From: Gracilinanus agilis
Taxonomy: Eukaryota
DNA length: 64,000 nt
Assembly: GCF_016433145.1 (NCBI RefSeq)
Contig: NC_058134.1
Location: 33,020,757-33,084,756 of the forward strand
Reading direction: 5' to 3'
Positions 63,391 through 64,000 of this stretch are shown here, piece after piece. Made by a program: the position numbers and the translations under genes. A model generated the notes under the pieces. It made no database searches. It was not told the origin of the DNA and was given only the letters and a program-made list of their open reading frames with translations. Position 1 is the first letter of the stretch, and each line of letters begins with the position of its first letter.

Positions 63391-64000
63391 GCAATTCTCA
63401 ACCCAAATCCAAGAACTAAAACTAAAGATGCTGAGGGTAGGGTGGAAGAATGAATAAACACATAGATGTCATTGGTCCTTTACTTCAACAACTCAGTTCA
63501 AAATAGAGAAATCATGATAATTTCTTGAGAGGCCATGGACCAGATTTCTGGGGTATCCATATGTTCTTCCTACCATGTGGAACCTACTGGGAATATTTAA
63601 GAAATGTTATTTGAGGCAAAGTAACATTCCCGTAAGACTCATAAATTCTCCTTATCCAGAGACTTGCCAGCCCTGCAGTCACAGAGTAGCATCATTTATG
63701 TTGCTCTAATCTCATCTTTGTTTTGTAATTTTATTTATGCTTTTAATTTTGTTCTAAAATTGCTGAAGTACCTTTGATCAAAAGTGATGCCAATGAGTGG
63801 TACCCTAGTGCTTTGGTTTTAAGTAGAGTTTATTTCCTTAATGATGGCTGGTTTCTTTTGCCTTCTTGTATTTTTTTAAATTCCCAGTTCTTTTCTTTTT
63901 CCTTTTTCCCCTTTTGATCTCCAATGGTTACTATATAAATTGTAAAAAGACCTTTTTTAAGCTATCTATTTGGCATAGCTCAAACTGAACTAAGAAGTTA

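Noticed and set aside
1-64000. CRISPR arrays, rRNA, tRNA genes, operon-like systems
   Set aside because: Mammalian DNA with no regularly spaced repeats; the tRNA-like A/B boxes belong to SINE heads.

Overview
This is AT-rich, CpG-poor, transposon-dense mammalian genomic DNA. The repeat set points to a marsupial, most likely a didelphid opossum: SINE1_Mdo-type SINEs, L1_Mdo-type LINE-1, Mar1/MIR CORE-SINEs, L2, CR1/L3, hAT MITEs and ERV LTRs. I could not identify any protein-coding gene. Every ORF I recognise is a LINE-1 remnant (ORF2 RT at 2590-3039, ORF2 C-terminal pieces, ORF1 at 25225-25524); the rest are low-complexity, antisense or chance ORFs. The window behaves like a large intron or intergenic interval. 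It has three N-gaps and a 3.0-kb tandem duplication joined by a single N, probably an assembly artefact. I see no convincing new biological system. The best leads are: (1) a 125-bp near-perfect palindrome inserted at a TA in a MIR; (2) a 27-bp inverted templated patch that replaces the RT catalytic motif of an L1; (3) a solo LTR with a triplicated module of inverted CCAAT pairs plus ETS and GC boxes, and a ZNF143-type motif; (4) hAT MITEs with intact TSDs, one carrying a CTCF-like core; (5) a speculative minus-strand spliced transcript centred on a GC/CpG-rich exon-like segment at 23121-23413. Repeat family names come from recall of consensus sequences and were not checked by search. Boundaries of old elements are approximate.
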